Of a stretch of 64,000 nucleotides of DNA, positions 1 through 10,178 are shown piece by piece. The notes under the pieces were generated by a model. It was not told the DNA's origin, did no database searches, and saw only the letters and a program-made list of their open reading frames with translations. How positions within the stretch are numbered: the stretch's first letter is position 1; every line of letters begins with the position of its first letter. Origin of the DNA: Pelagomonas calceolata (Eukaryota); assembly GCA_918797485.1 (NCBI GenBank), contig CAKKNE010000002.1, positions 4,836,001-4,900,000 of the forward strand, given 5' to 3'. A program made the position numbers and the translations under genes.

Positions 1-196
1 GAAATCAAAATTTTACGGCGCGTTCGTGCTGAATCGCCGCGTCGTCCTCCACGCCATCGACGCGACGCCTGCTCGATGGCGTGGCGATGCCGGTTCCTCG
101 CCGCTCGACCGAGCCAGGACAGCCGCGTCATCGCCGAGAAATGACTTAGTGAAGAATTGTCGGGTGCACCCGACACACTGGTTGATTTCCACACAG
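1..196 (+). mobile_element. Introner/MITE (left end cut by window edge) inside the minus-strand gene
   Basis: Ends TTGATTTCCACACAG; about 9 mismatches in 196 nt (by eye) to the reverse complement of 18921-19123; internal hairpin CACGCCATCGA..TCGATGGCGTG. Confidence 0.9.
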
Positions 197-204
197 GTCG
201 TTTC

Positions 205-1836
205 CGGCGCCTCTGTCCGAACCCGTCCTCGTCGTCCTCCTCCTCTGAGTCGTCTCCTCCTCGCAAGAGCGTCTGCGTCTCCTTGTCCGCAACGTCGGGA
301 ACCATCCTCAGCAACCACTGCGCGTCCGTTTCTCCATGTAGAGGCGCCGCAAGCGCGACCCTCCGCCGCCATTGCTCGTCCGACTCGCCCTCGGCCGGCA
401 GCCAGCAGACGTAGCCGCCTTTGCGGAGACGCTCCTGGTACTGGTCATCAGTCTCGTCGTCGAGCCGCGGCGGCGGCGGGCCCCAGCCCCGGACGATGTC
501 GACCACGTCGTCCGGCGACGCCACTGCTACTACCTCGCCGTCTCCGTCGAACTGCGACGCTAGCGTGTCCAGGAACCCCCCTTCCTCTTGCTTGGGCGAC
601 GGCAATTCCTCGATCTTCTCGCTCACGATGTCCCCGAACGACACGTTAAAGTCCTCCTCGACCATCTCGGCCTGTGAGGAAATCAAGTTCAAGCGCCCTT
701 CAATATGGGGTCTCTCGTGGTCTGCGCGAGATGCTGCTCGCTCTACGCGGTCGAGTGTATCCCTCGGAGGTCGTGTCCGAGTTTGGGCCGAAACCAGGGC
801 CGCGGTGCCGAGATAGCGAGACGCGAATAATTGATAACCTGACTCACTGGTTGATTTCCACACAGATCTCAGCCATCGCCGCGTCCGTCGCGACCGCGTC
901 GACGCCCGTCTCATACCCCAAGGTGAAGTTCTCCTTCCCCGTGCGCATCGGTTCCTGTTCCACCGTCGCCCAGGCGAGCTCGACCCTATCTTGTCCAACA
1001 GCACCCTGCAGCGCGTCCTTCAACACCGCGGCGCAGGCCTGGCGTCTTCTGGCATTCTTGATGGCTACCAGTAGCCAGGCTCTCATGTAAAGCTTGAGGC
1101 GGAGCCTTCTCACAACTTTCGCGTGGCGCACGTGCAACCGCCACGCCCTCAACGCCCGGTTCTTCGCCACCTGATCATATTTCCGTCGCCACCGCTCGAC
1201 GACCTCCCTATTTCGGGACGCCGTCGCCTTGCACGCGACTAATCGCGCTTTGAGTTGAGAAGCCACATCGAACCAAGGCGTCGCTCGCCCCAGCGTCGCC
1301 CGCGTGACGCCTCTGCTTAATTCCGGGGCAATTATGTGATCATAATCGGCAAAGACGCATCGTAGCTGCGTCTCCGTGAGCAACCTCGTGAAATTCCCGA
1401 AGCGTCGGTACAGCGTCGTGAGCTTCAGCAATAAATCTCCCGAGACGGCCGCCATGACGGCGTGCGGCTTGGCGTCGCCGTCCAACATGAGGGCCTCGCG
1501 TAACCGTAACTCGCCGTAGATCGCCAGGGACCGCGCGCCGCCCGACTCGTTATGTAAGGACGTGTGCCACGACTTGAGCTCCGCGTGGCTCAGCGTCGAA
1601 TCGGGGACATAGAACGGCGCCGTCTCGAAGGTGATGTGCGACATGTCGTCGTCCATCGATTCGAGCGACGGCGTGCGGCCTCGATGTAGCGCGTGCTCGG
1701 GCGACGTCATGCCGTGATGCGCGGTCGTACCGTAGGCTTCCAGGGATTTCAGTGATGGCGGGCCGCGCCGCCGTCGATACTTCTTCCGCTGTCCGGGGCT
1801 CGCGGGACTCGTGACGGAGAAGTTGTCCGTGAACAT
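205..1836 (-). CDS. Hypothetical protein, 3'-partial; exons 1836-874 and 671-~205, continuing beyond window
   Basis: 330-aa ORF runs into an introner; after GC-AG splicing the frame stays open (AEMVEEDFNVSF...RRRKR) up to the next introner. Confidence 0.75.
672..865. mobile_element. Introner, second subfamily (intron 672-873, GC-AG)
   Basis: TIRs CTGTGAGGAAATCAA / TTGATTTCCACACAG; 8-bp TSD ATCTCGGC (664-671) / ATCTCAGC (866-873). Confidence 0.9.
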
Positions 1837-2407
1837 GGTGGCCTGCCTGGTCTGCGGCTCTGACGGTCTGCTGGTCCTGCTTGTCTGCTGGTACTACAGC
1901 TGTGCTCGTGGCTCGTGTGGCTCCTTGGGCCTTGTGCCCTGGCTTCTGCGATCGCGTGCGTGCGTCGAGCAGTCCCTGGGCTCGTCTCAAGGACTTTTTG
2001 TGCTCGCTCCCGTTGATGGGGCAGCCTTTCAGGCCATCAAATGGCAATCAGCGCCTGCTCTCCGGCCTGCTCTGCCGGCAGGGATGTTTTCAAGTCGCAC
2101 CACTGTCGTAGGGCGGGAGAAGGATCAAATGACGCGTGCGACTGTTGCGTCAGGCTTCACGAAAACCCGTTCTGTCAGCGTGATCCGCGGCAAGAGCAAG
2201 CAGTTTAAGGCACCAGTAGGCCCGCAGACGGTGCGAGGAGGTGAATTCGATCACACACCGCTGCAGCGAACGCGCATCGACGCAATTTCAATCAGTGCTT
2301 GCCGCTACGGCCAGTTTGCATCGGAGAGCATCTGTGGCAGCAAGGCAGATCGGCGTGCGATATCGACGCCGTGGACGCGTTGACGTCGCATTGATCACTG
2401 CGGCAGC

Positions 2408-3687
2408 ATGTTGGCAATGCGTATCGCGTCGCGAGTTGCGAGGACCGCCATACGCGCGCGGACGCCGCCGGCGCTGCGCAGCCGCACCATCACAACTACC
2501 GCAGCGGTCTGCACCGAGCTCGGCGCGCCGCTCACGGTCCGCGACGACTGGACCCTCGCGGCGCCGGGCCCGGGCGAGGTGCTCGTGGAGACGCGGGCGG
2601 CGGGCCTGAATTTTGCGGAAGTGCTCCAGACGAAGGGCCTGTACCAGGAACGCCTGGAGCCGCCCTTTGTGCCGGGAAACGAGTGCAGCGGTACTGTCGA
2701 GGCGGTGGGTGCCGGCGTCGCCCACGTCAAGGCGGGCGACGCGGTCATAGCGTTACCGCGCGGCGGCGCCTGGGCGCGCCACTGTGTTGTTAGTGGCGCT
2801 GCCGTCGCGCCACTGCCGAAGCCCCCATCGAGCGACGCCGAGTGGCGGCAAGCCGCTTCATTGGCAGTCGCCTACGGCACGGCGGACATGGCGTTACGAC
2901 GACGGGCGCGTATGAGCGAAGGCGAGACCGTATTGATAACGGCGGCGGCGGGCGGCGTGGGACTAGCTGCGGTGGAACTCGCGGCGCAGGCGGGCTGCAA
3001 CGTCATCGCGGCGACGGGCTCGCCCGAAAAGGCGGAAATTGCGCTGGCCGCGGGCGCGGCCGCGGCGGTGTCCTACGGCGACGACCCGCGCGCCTTCCGC
3101 GAGCACGTCAAGGAGCTGGCGCCGGGCGGCGTCGACGTCGCCGTGGATATGGTTTGGCTGCGGTGCGGAATATGACAGTCGCGTAGTGGAGTGATCTCAT
3201 TGATCCCTACACAGGTGGGCGGGCCGCATCTGGAAGCGATCGTCCGGTCGATGGCCTTCGACGGGCGATGCGTGGTCGTGGGCTGTGTAGAAATCAAGCA
3301 GTGAGTTAGGTAATGGAGACCTTCGTGACCTCCACGCCATCTAGAAGACGTAGTTACGGGGACAATATCGCGTCGATGGCGTGAGACGCCCGAAATTTGA
3401 TTTCCACACAGGTCGTGGGCTTCGCGTCGGGGGACATCCCGAAGGTCCCGGCAAATTTGTTGCTCGTGAAGAATTGTTCGCTGGTGGGTTTGTACTGGGG
3501 CGCGCACGCCAAGGCCCGGCCGGACGCGTTCCGCGAGTCGCTCGGGCGCGTTTCGAAGATGTGGGCCGACGGACTTATAAATCCTCGAGTCGGCCTCGCG
3601 CTGCCGCTGCGCGAGGCCAACGCCGCCGTCGCAGCTCTAGCGGGCCGCAAGTCGACGGGAAAAGTCGTACTCACAATGGACGATTAA
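2408..3687 (+). CDS. NADPH:quinone oxidoreductase (MDR/zeta-crystallin family), probable mitochondrial presequence; introns 3152-3214 and 3275-3411
   Basis: GLNFAE, PFVPGNECSG, AAAGGVG, LLLVKN, RKSTGKVVL motifs; spliced frame DM|VGGPH..GRCV|VVGFASG. Confidence 0.9.
3283..3411. mobile_element. Short (129 bp) introner, intron 3275-3411 GT-AG
   Basis: TIRs CTGTGTAGAAATCAA / TTGATTTCCACACAG; perfect TSD GTCGTGGG (3275-3282, 3412-3419). Confidence 0.92.
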
Positions 3688-4337
3688 GTAGTATACCCTG
3701 ACAGGTCCCCCCGCTCCAAAAACGGCACCACCCGCTCATCCGCCACGCCCCCGAACCCCCGGCAGACCACGAACGCCTCGCCCGACCGGTCCCTGGATGA
3801 GGGTGGCTTCGCGACGGCCACGTCACTAAATCGGCACCGCAGCCGATCCACCAGCAAATCGCACTCGCTCCGGAAGATCTTGGCGACGAAGCACCCGCCC
3901 TCCCTCAAGTTGGTATCACAAACGCGCGAAGCAGCATACAGCAGAGCATCATGCGCGTGCTCGTCGACGTCGTGTAAACCAGAGACCTCGGGCGCGCCGT
4001 CGCAGATGATCACGTCGGCCTTTCCAGCACACGCTTGATTTATGCTAGAGAGCGTCTCGGGTGACGTGATGTCGCCCTGGAGGACAGTGACTCCATCAAG
4101 GGGCTGCATGGCCTGCACGTCGACGGCCACGACCTTGCACGCGGCGCCGCATCGTTGTCTCAGCACCTGGCACCAGCTGCCCGGCGCCGCGCAGAGGTCC
4201 ACGACGGACTTCGCGCCTCTCAATAAACCGTAGGCGTCGTCAATGTCCATGAGCTTAAAGGCACTTCGGGCGCGGTAGCCCTCATCCTTGGCTCTCCGGT
4301 AGGTCGTGCAGGCCCCTCTCGCTGGTTTTTGGGGCAT
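3684..4337 (-). CDS. TRM7: FtsJ/Trm7-type RNA 2'-O-methyltransferase (start uncertain)
   Basis: YRARSAFKL, VDLCAAPGSW, CDGAP, FVAKIF, KPPSSR motifs. Confidence 0.85.
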   Translation of the reverse strand: MPQKPARGACTTYRRAKDEGYRARSAFKLMDIDDAYGLLRGAKSVVDLCAAPGSWCQVLRQRCGAACKVVAVDVQAMQPLDGVTVLQGDITSPETLSSINQACAGKADVIICDGAPEVSGLHDVDEHAHDALLYAASRVCDTNLREGGCFVAKIFRSECDLLVDRLRCRFSDVAVAKPPSSRDRSGEAFVVCRGFGGVADERVVPFLERGDLSGYTT

Positions 4338-4545
4338 GGCTGAGGCCTTCTTTTCGGTGTAGTGCTGCAAATATGCTGTGCCGTGGACCGTACGCCCAGT
4401 GGCGTAAAGCTAAGCTGCAGCACTTTAGCAGAAAACGTGCTTGGCGCGGCAGCGCTGCAAATTGCAGCCTGAGCGTGGACGGTAGGTGCCGTTGAGCTGC
4501 TTGGAGCCCCGTACGCGCTTGCAGTCGATCTACGCAGCTCACGGA

Positions 4546-4569
4546 GCTAGCGTCGCGTGAGACACTAGC
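4546..4569 (+). promoter_or_regulatory. CTAG-box palindromic upstream motif
   Basis: GCTAGCGTCGCGTGAGACACTAGC between divergent genes. Confidence 0.6.
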
Positions 4570-4842
4570 AGCTTGGTGCTGCTGCCTGGCAGCACGCGCT
4601 CGCGTACGTATCACGCCGTGGCGGCAGCTCAGGCTTTTATTGGCAAAAGCACAGTGATTGCGAGCTGTCTAGCGCACGCCATCGCTGCGGCACAGACTAC
4701 AAGCTCGCAATTTTGCTCGGAGAGCAGCTGCATCTCGGAGAGCACTGGACAGGACAGGTTCAGCGATTCGGCATTAGCCACACTGATAGCGTCACGCACT
4801 GCTTTGCTACCTCAGTGCCATTTGCACGGCGTAAAAGAGACA

Positions 4843-5901
4843 ATGCTCGCTACCCTCGCAAAACGCGGTCCGGGCCTCGGCGCGGCAGTGGCGACGGCGG
4901 CGGGCGGCGTGGCCGTCGCCACACAAATGCCCGAGAGCCTGCACATCAGCGGCATCCCGTGCTCGCTCGTCCTCGGCGCTGTCGCGAACAACCTCGCGCC
5001 GGCGAACATCAGGCAAGCTCTCCAGCCGGGCGTCAAGTTCGCGACCACAACGGTGCTCCGCGCTGGCATCGTCGCGGTCGGCGCGAAGCTCTCGGCGACC
5101 CAGGTCCTCGCGCTCGGCTGGACGACCGTGCCCGCGGCCTGCGCGAGCGTGGGGGCGGGCCTGGTCGCTATTCCGTTACTCGCGAAGGGCGCGGGCCTGC
5201 CGCCGCGGCTCGGCGCGCTGCTCGCGGCCGGTACCTCGATCTGCGGCGTCACCGCAATAGGGGCCACTGCCCCAGCCATCGCCGCGACGCAAGCCGAGGT
5301 CGCGGTGGCTGTCGCGAACGTGGTAGCGTATGGCATCGCGGGCATGCTGGCCTACCCCCACGTCGCGCGGCATCTGTTCCCTCACGAAGACTCGAAGAAT
5401 ATTGGACTGTTCTTGGGCCTCGCGGTGCACGACACGGCCCAGGTTATGGGCTGCGCGGCGTCGTATGCACAAACATATATGGATGAGGCCGTGGTGGCGG
5501 CCGCCGCCGTTGCTAAATTAACGAGGAATTGCTTCCTCGCCGGCGTCGTCCCGCTCATGGCGGCGCGCCACGGCGCCACGGCGGGCATCGCGACTAAAGC
5601 GGCCTTCCCGACCTTCGTGCTCGGGTTCGTGGGGGCCGCGGGCGTGCGCACCGCGGGCGACGTCTATTTCGTCGGCGACGACGCGACGCGCTGGAAGGAG
5701 GGCGCGAATTTTGTAGGAGGCGCCCTCGGGACGAAGTGCCTCCTCGCGACGGGCCTGGCGGGCGTCGGGCTGTCCGTGGACGCGTCCGCGTTCCGAAGCG
5801 CGGGCGTGCGGCCGTTCCTCGTCGGCGGCGCGGGGGCAGCGATTGTGGGCGGGGTCGGCCTCGCTTCGGCGCAATTACTTTCGCGGTTGAGGCCTGAGTA
5901 A
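4843..5901 (+). CDS. YeiH/UPF0324 (putative sulfate exporter) family multi-pass membrane protein
   Basis: LRAGIVAVG, GTSICGVTAI, GLAVHDTAQV, AKLTRN motifs; many hydrophobic helices. Confidence 0.85.
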   Translation: MLATLAKRGPGLGAAVATAAGGVAVATQMPESLHISGIPCSLVLGAVANNLAPANIRQALQPGVKFATTTVLRAGIVAVGAKLSATQVLALGWTTVPAACASVGAGLVAIPLLAKGAGLPPRLGALLAAGTSICGVTAIGATAPAIAATQAEVAVAVANVVAYGIAGMLAYPHVARHLFPHEDSKNIGLFLGLAVHDTAQVMGCAASYAQTYMDEAVVAAAAVAKLTRNCFLAGVVPLMAARHGATAGIATKAAFPTFVLGFVGAAGVRTAGDVYFVGDDATRWKEGANFVGGALGTKCLLATGLAGVGLSVDASAFRSAGVRPFLVGGAGAAIVGGVGLASAQLLSRLRPE

Positions 5902-6308
5902 GTTTCCAAGTCTTAACTACACGGCTATATCGCGTCAGGCGAGCATGTCCTCGAAGACGCTCCCCCCGAGCGCCTCGGCGAGCTCGTCCCAGTTGGCCAC
6001 GACTTCAGACAAAGGCAGCGTCGCGTGGACGGCGTGCGTCGACGCCGCGGCCCGGTTCCGCACGCGCTCCGGGTCCGGCGCCTTCCACAAATCGAGCTTC
6101 ACCATCATTTCGGACCAAAGCTCCACGTGGTGTGGCGCCGCGTCGACAACAGGCGGCCTACGCGCCGCTCGTCTCGGAGGCCGGGCCCGCCGAGTGAATC
6201 GATCGATCTTTCTTGTACATCTCCGCCTGCGCAAGGCGGACGCTTCTCTGTGAACGTAACTGTATTTGGAACAACCCCTTTGACGCCATCGACGCACACA
6301 CAACAGTC

Positions 6309-6890
6309 TTACTCCGCGAGCTCGTCCGCGATCCGATCCGCGACCAGCGCGTCGTCCTCGGGAAACATTCCCTCCATCTTCTTCCCGAAGCGCACGAGCG
6401 TCGCCCTTAGCAACGAGCGGATGATCGACTGGGCCCGTCTACCCTCCACGATGGCATAGATGGCCCGCGGCGTCCGATACGTAATTTTCACCTCGACCTC
6501 CGTGCCATCGGCAACGGGCGTGAAGGACGCCGCCCCATAATTCTCGGTCCCCGCCTTCGACGTCCACCGGAGTAGTTCGGGCGGCCGTTCCTCCAAATTC
6601 TCGGCCGTCCATCCCACGGACACGCCTTTAAAACCCATGCGCCACTCGCTCTTGCGCGTCGCCTCGTCGAAGGTCACTTCTGAGAGTAAAGGGCACCACT
6701 CGGGCATGCGCGTCAGGTCGCTGTACGCGGCGTAGCACTCTTCCGGTGTGGCGCGTACTCGGACAGTAGCAGCCGTATCCAACCACCGTTCGAGCTCCTC
6801 CGGCGGCGGCGCTTTTCGTCGTCGTCGTAGCGTCGGCAGCGTGAGGGCTTGCGTCGAGGCGAGGACGCAGAGCGCGGCGCGGCGTCGCAT
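6309..6890 (-). CDS. SRPBCC/polyketide cyclase (START-like) protein with algal targeting peptide; 3' end may be spliced
   Basis: YSDLTRMPEWCP, SEW, WTAE..LLRWTS, GAASF pattern. Confidence 0.75.
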   Translation of the reverse strand: MRRRAALCVLASTQALTLPTLRRRRKAPPPEELERWLDTAATVRVRATPEECYAAYSDLTRMPEWCPLLSEVTFDEATRKSEWRMGFKGVSVGWTAENLEERPPELLRWTSKAGTENYGAASFTPVADGTEVEVKITYRTPRAIYAIVEGRRAQSIIRSLLRATLVRFGKKMEGMFPEDDALVADRIADELAE

Positions 6891-7338
6891 CGTTGCTGCT
6901 GCAGCAAGGCGGCTTGCAGAGGCTGGAGGATTAAGCTAGCGCTCGCAGCGTTGGCCAGCACGCCAAAGCAATAAAGAGATTCTCGAATCGCCTTGTTCAA
7001 ATCGTCTGTCGATGGCGGATGGCACTTGCGCCGCTGATTTGCGACAAGTCGGCAACTCGGTATGGTATAGGGTATGGTATGGTATATATGTGGTGGTGTT
7101 TTCGGAACCCATCGCCAGCCACCCCTACCGTAGCGAGGCAGGGCTCGAAAGCAAGCATAGAATTTCCGAATTAAAATATATCACACACCATATCCAATTT
7201 AAGTTTTCGGGTGCGCCAACAGGGGAGCTCAAAAAACACGCCGCGCGACGCACGTGAGACGCCACCGCGCAGCCCACGGGCCCGCCCCACCCCCCAACGA
7301 CCTACACAAGCCCCAGAAGCAGCCCCCGGACCGCACCG

Positions 7339-8907
7339 ATGGCGGACAAGGCCCCGCGGATGAACACGACCAACCTGCCGCGCCACGAGACGCGCTGCAA
7401 CGGGGGTTCAGTATCACTGGTGTCGCGCTACGCCGTGATCAAGAACGTGCGCCACAACAAGCGCAAGCGCATCACCGTCTCAGCTTTTGATCAGCGGTCC
7501 CAAATTCCCGTCATCGTGCAAAAACGCATCGACTGGGGCACGGAGATGACCAACTTGGATGAAGCTAGAAGGATCGCGCGCGAATTGCGCATCCTAAAGT
7601 ATTTGCGGGGTTTTGATGGTATCTGTGCGCTGGTCGATATCATTCAGCCGAGTGATGATGCCTGGACGGATTTGTACACTATTCATGAGTACGGAGGCGT
7701 GCCCATGACGCGGTACATAAATTCGAAGCATCCGCCAACCCCGAGACATGCTAGATACTGGTGCTACCAGTTGTTGCGGACTCTGAAATTTATGCACGCG
7801 GGCGGCGTCGTGCACGGCCACATCTGCCCGGAGAAGATCTTGGTGAACGCGATGAGCGCCGATATCAAATTAAGTGATCTGGGCAGGTGTGTGGTCGAGG
7901 GCTGTTCAGTGGCGGGCTCGTACAACATGTCCTACATGTGTCCCGAAGAACTTGTGGTGAAGCAGCAGCCGTCGGCCAAGGGCGACGTCTGGGCCGCGGG
8001 CTGCGTTTATGCGGAATTGCTGGAGAAGAAGGGGCCTCTGTTCCAAGGTTCTTCCCACAAGGAAGTGCTGGCCAAGATCTGCGCGCGCGTCGGCCGACCC
8101 TCCGAAACTTTGTTAAGGGACATGATCTACGGCGACACGCCCATGCACCAATTCGTACTCGCGCAAGACCCCGTGCCCGGGCTACCTACTGGAGATAGCA
8201 CCTCCCCTTACTTCCGCGCGGCGTTCAGTATAGCGGACGCCGACGCCGACGCGCTCCAATGCATCGCGGCGACCGTAAGGTTCGACCCTAGAGCGAGGAT
8301 GACCGCGGAAAACGCTCTAGCCTCATTAAAGCTCTTCCAGGCGCGGCGGAGCGACAGCGACCCTTGTTTACACAACCCGCGCGACGAACCTAGATTAGCT
8401 TGCAGCGCCTACCACGAGTCCATGGCGTCGCGCGACGCGCCCGACGCCGCCGGCGTCAAGGTTTGTGTGTGGACGGAGTGCGTGCACCACAACCCGTCGG
8501 CGACGGGCGGCGCGCCGCCGCCGCCGCCGCCGCGCGCGCCGCCGCCGCTGCCGCCGCTGCCGCCGCCTGTTCAAGCGCCGGCGCCGGTGCCGCCGGTCCC
8601 GGGCTCGCGGCAGGTGAAGCAGGTCGTCCTCGTCGATACAAGGGGCGGGCCCGTCCCCTGCATGGTCGTGCCCGGCGGCGTGCGGCCCATCCAGGTGCCG
8701 CCAAACACATTACACCAGATGGTGGCCATCCGCGAGCGCAAGCGCCAAGAGGCGCGGGCGAGAGGCGAGGCGCCGCCGGTGATGCCGCCGCCGACTATAT
8801 TGGTCCCGCCGGGCCAGGCCGCGCCGCCGGGCACCGTCATGATGACGGGCCCGCCGGCCGCGCCGCCGCCGCCGGCGCAGCGCCTGCCGGCGGCCTTCGC
8901 GCCGTAG
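7339..8907 (+). CDS. MAPK/CMGC-like probable pseudokinase with Pro-rich tail
   Basis: RELRILK, YQLLRTLKFMH, YMCPE, DVWAAGC, FDPRARMTAENAL; catalytic motifs degenerate. Confidence 0.85.
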   Translation: MADKAPRMNTTNLPRHETRCNGGSVSLVSRYAVIKNVRHNKRKRITVSAFDQRSQIPVIVQKRIDWGTEMTNLDEARRIARELRILKYLRGFDGICALVDIIQPSDDAWTDLYTIHEYGGVPMTRYINSKHPPTPRHARYWCYQLLRTLKFMHAGGVVHGHICPEKILVNAMSADIKLSDLGRCVVEGCSVAGSYNMSYMCPEELVVKQQPSAKGDVWAAGCVYAELLEKKGPLFQGSSHKEVLAKICARVGRPSETLLRDMIYGDTPMHQFVLAQDPVPGLPTGDSTSPYFRAAFSIADADADALQCIAATVRFDPRARMTAENALASLKLFQARRSDSDPCLHNPRDEPRLACSAYHESMASRDAPDAAGVKVCVWTECVHHNPSATGGAPPPPPPRAPPPLPPLPPPVQAPAPVPPVPGSRQVKQVVLVDTRGGPVPCMVVPGGVRPIQVPPNTLHQMVAIRERKRQEARARGEAPPVMPPPTILVPPGQAAPPGTVMMTGPPAAPPPPAQRLPAAFAP

Positions 8908-8958
8908 GCCTTCCCCTTCTCCCCCTCCTCTTGGGCGTGTTAACACAAATTCGCTTAC

Positions 8959-9786
8959 TCAGTAGCGAGGGTTCCAGAACGCGAGCACGCGCCACGCGAT
9001 CTCGTTCGGCAGGCTCCGCGCGAAGAGCCGTGCGAGGTGCGGCGGCGTCGACAGCTTGGCCTTGGCGCGTTTGCGCGCCAGGAGCGATCGGAGGCGCAGG
9101 AGCTCCTTCGGCGGGACGAGGCAGTACTTCTGCCAGGGCGTCAGGCGCGTCGACGTCGACGTGGACTGAGCCGCGCGCACGGCCCTCGCCAGCTCGAGAG
9201 CGTCGTTGAGGTAGGGCGCGTCGCCCGTGTAGCCCGTAGCTACCGGCTCGATCAGCGCCTCGAGGCTCGTCAAACTTCCCTCGTGAAGAAAGTCGAGCGG
9301 GTGCCCGCCCCGTAAGAGATACAGCATGCACTCGTACATGCAGCGGAGTTGTGCATCCCCTGTCCGCCCCATCCTTTCTGCAAAAGCCCGCCAATCCCCC
9401 AAGAAAACAAGTGATATGGGCTGACTGGCGGGGAAGTCCCCCGTAGGACCTCTAGTTACCAGAGTCACATCAGCGCCGCCCCGCACCAGAATTTGCAAGA
9501 GCCCCGTACAACTGAGTATACACGCATGGTGTAGCTCTGTCGGACCGTCGTGTTCCGGGTCAAACCTTCGGTCAACGTTCGCTCCGGCTGTTACTAGCAG
9601 CTGCACGAGTTCGAGGGCAGCTGCACTGTCCACTTGTTCCATCATAGGCAAGGCTGCGAGTTGCAACATTGTTTGGTCCTCATCGTCAACGTCGTCCACG
9701 CGCTCCGGGTGCTGCGCGAGGAATCTCCGAACGGCGTCTACGTCTCCGTCAATTGCCGCCCTGGCAATTTCGTTAGGCAGGACCAT
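8959..9786 (-). CDS. Ankyrin-repeat protein
   Basis: AAIDGDVDAVRRFL, LVTAGANVD, TELHHAC..LVRGGADV. Confidence 0.8.
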   Translation of the reverse strand: MVLPNEIARAAIDGDVDAVRRFLAQHPERVDDVDDEDQTMLQLAALPMMEQVDSAAALELVQLLVTAGANVDRRFDPEHDGPTELHHACILSCTGLLQILVRGGADVTLVTRGPTGDFPASQPISLVFLGDWRAFAERMGRTGDAQLRCMYECMLYLLRGGHPLDFLHEGSLTSLEALIEPVATGYTGDAPYLNDALELARAVRAAQSTSTSTRLTPWQKYCLVPPKELLRLRSLLARKRAKAKLSTPPHLARLFARSLPNEIAWRVLAFWNPRY

Positions 9787-9988
9787 AGCTACGACGGCGC
9801 GACGACAGGTGCGGCACACAGTCAATGCTTAGGTCAATTTTTTTTTTAGGTCAATGCTTGAAAACTATCAATGGTCCTCGACTCACGGCGCTTCGGCGCT
9901 CTCCGACAGCGAGATGCCCCAAGGCCAAGAACGCTCTGTTCCCCTCCCGACGCGGATGGCCGATGCGCGTGAGCCGGGCAACACGTGA

Positions 9989-10012
9989 GCTAGCGGCCTG
10001 TAAGACACTAGC
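9989..10012 (+). promoter_or_regulatory. CTAG-box motif
   Basis: GCTAGCGGCCTGTAAGACACTAGC between divergent genes. Confidence 0.65.
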
Positions 10013-10178
10013 GAACAGCCTCGACACTTGCCATGCTGCAAGCAAAAGGCAGTCCCAGACGCTGTCGAGCAGCGTCGTAACTCCATTTGTGGCACATCGA
10101 TCAGGGCCGGCCGCGGCGCCATCGCTGCGTGACCGTAGCGGCGGGAGCAAGGCAGCGAGAGTGCAGCGCTGAGACACG

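Noticed and set aside
13..649. ORFs 13-372, 26-649, 18894-19121 and 18914-19468 sharing peptides such as VVLHAIDATPARWRG
   Set aside because: Translations of the non-coding introner sequence
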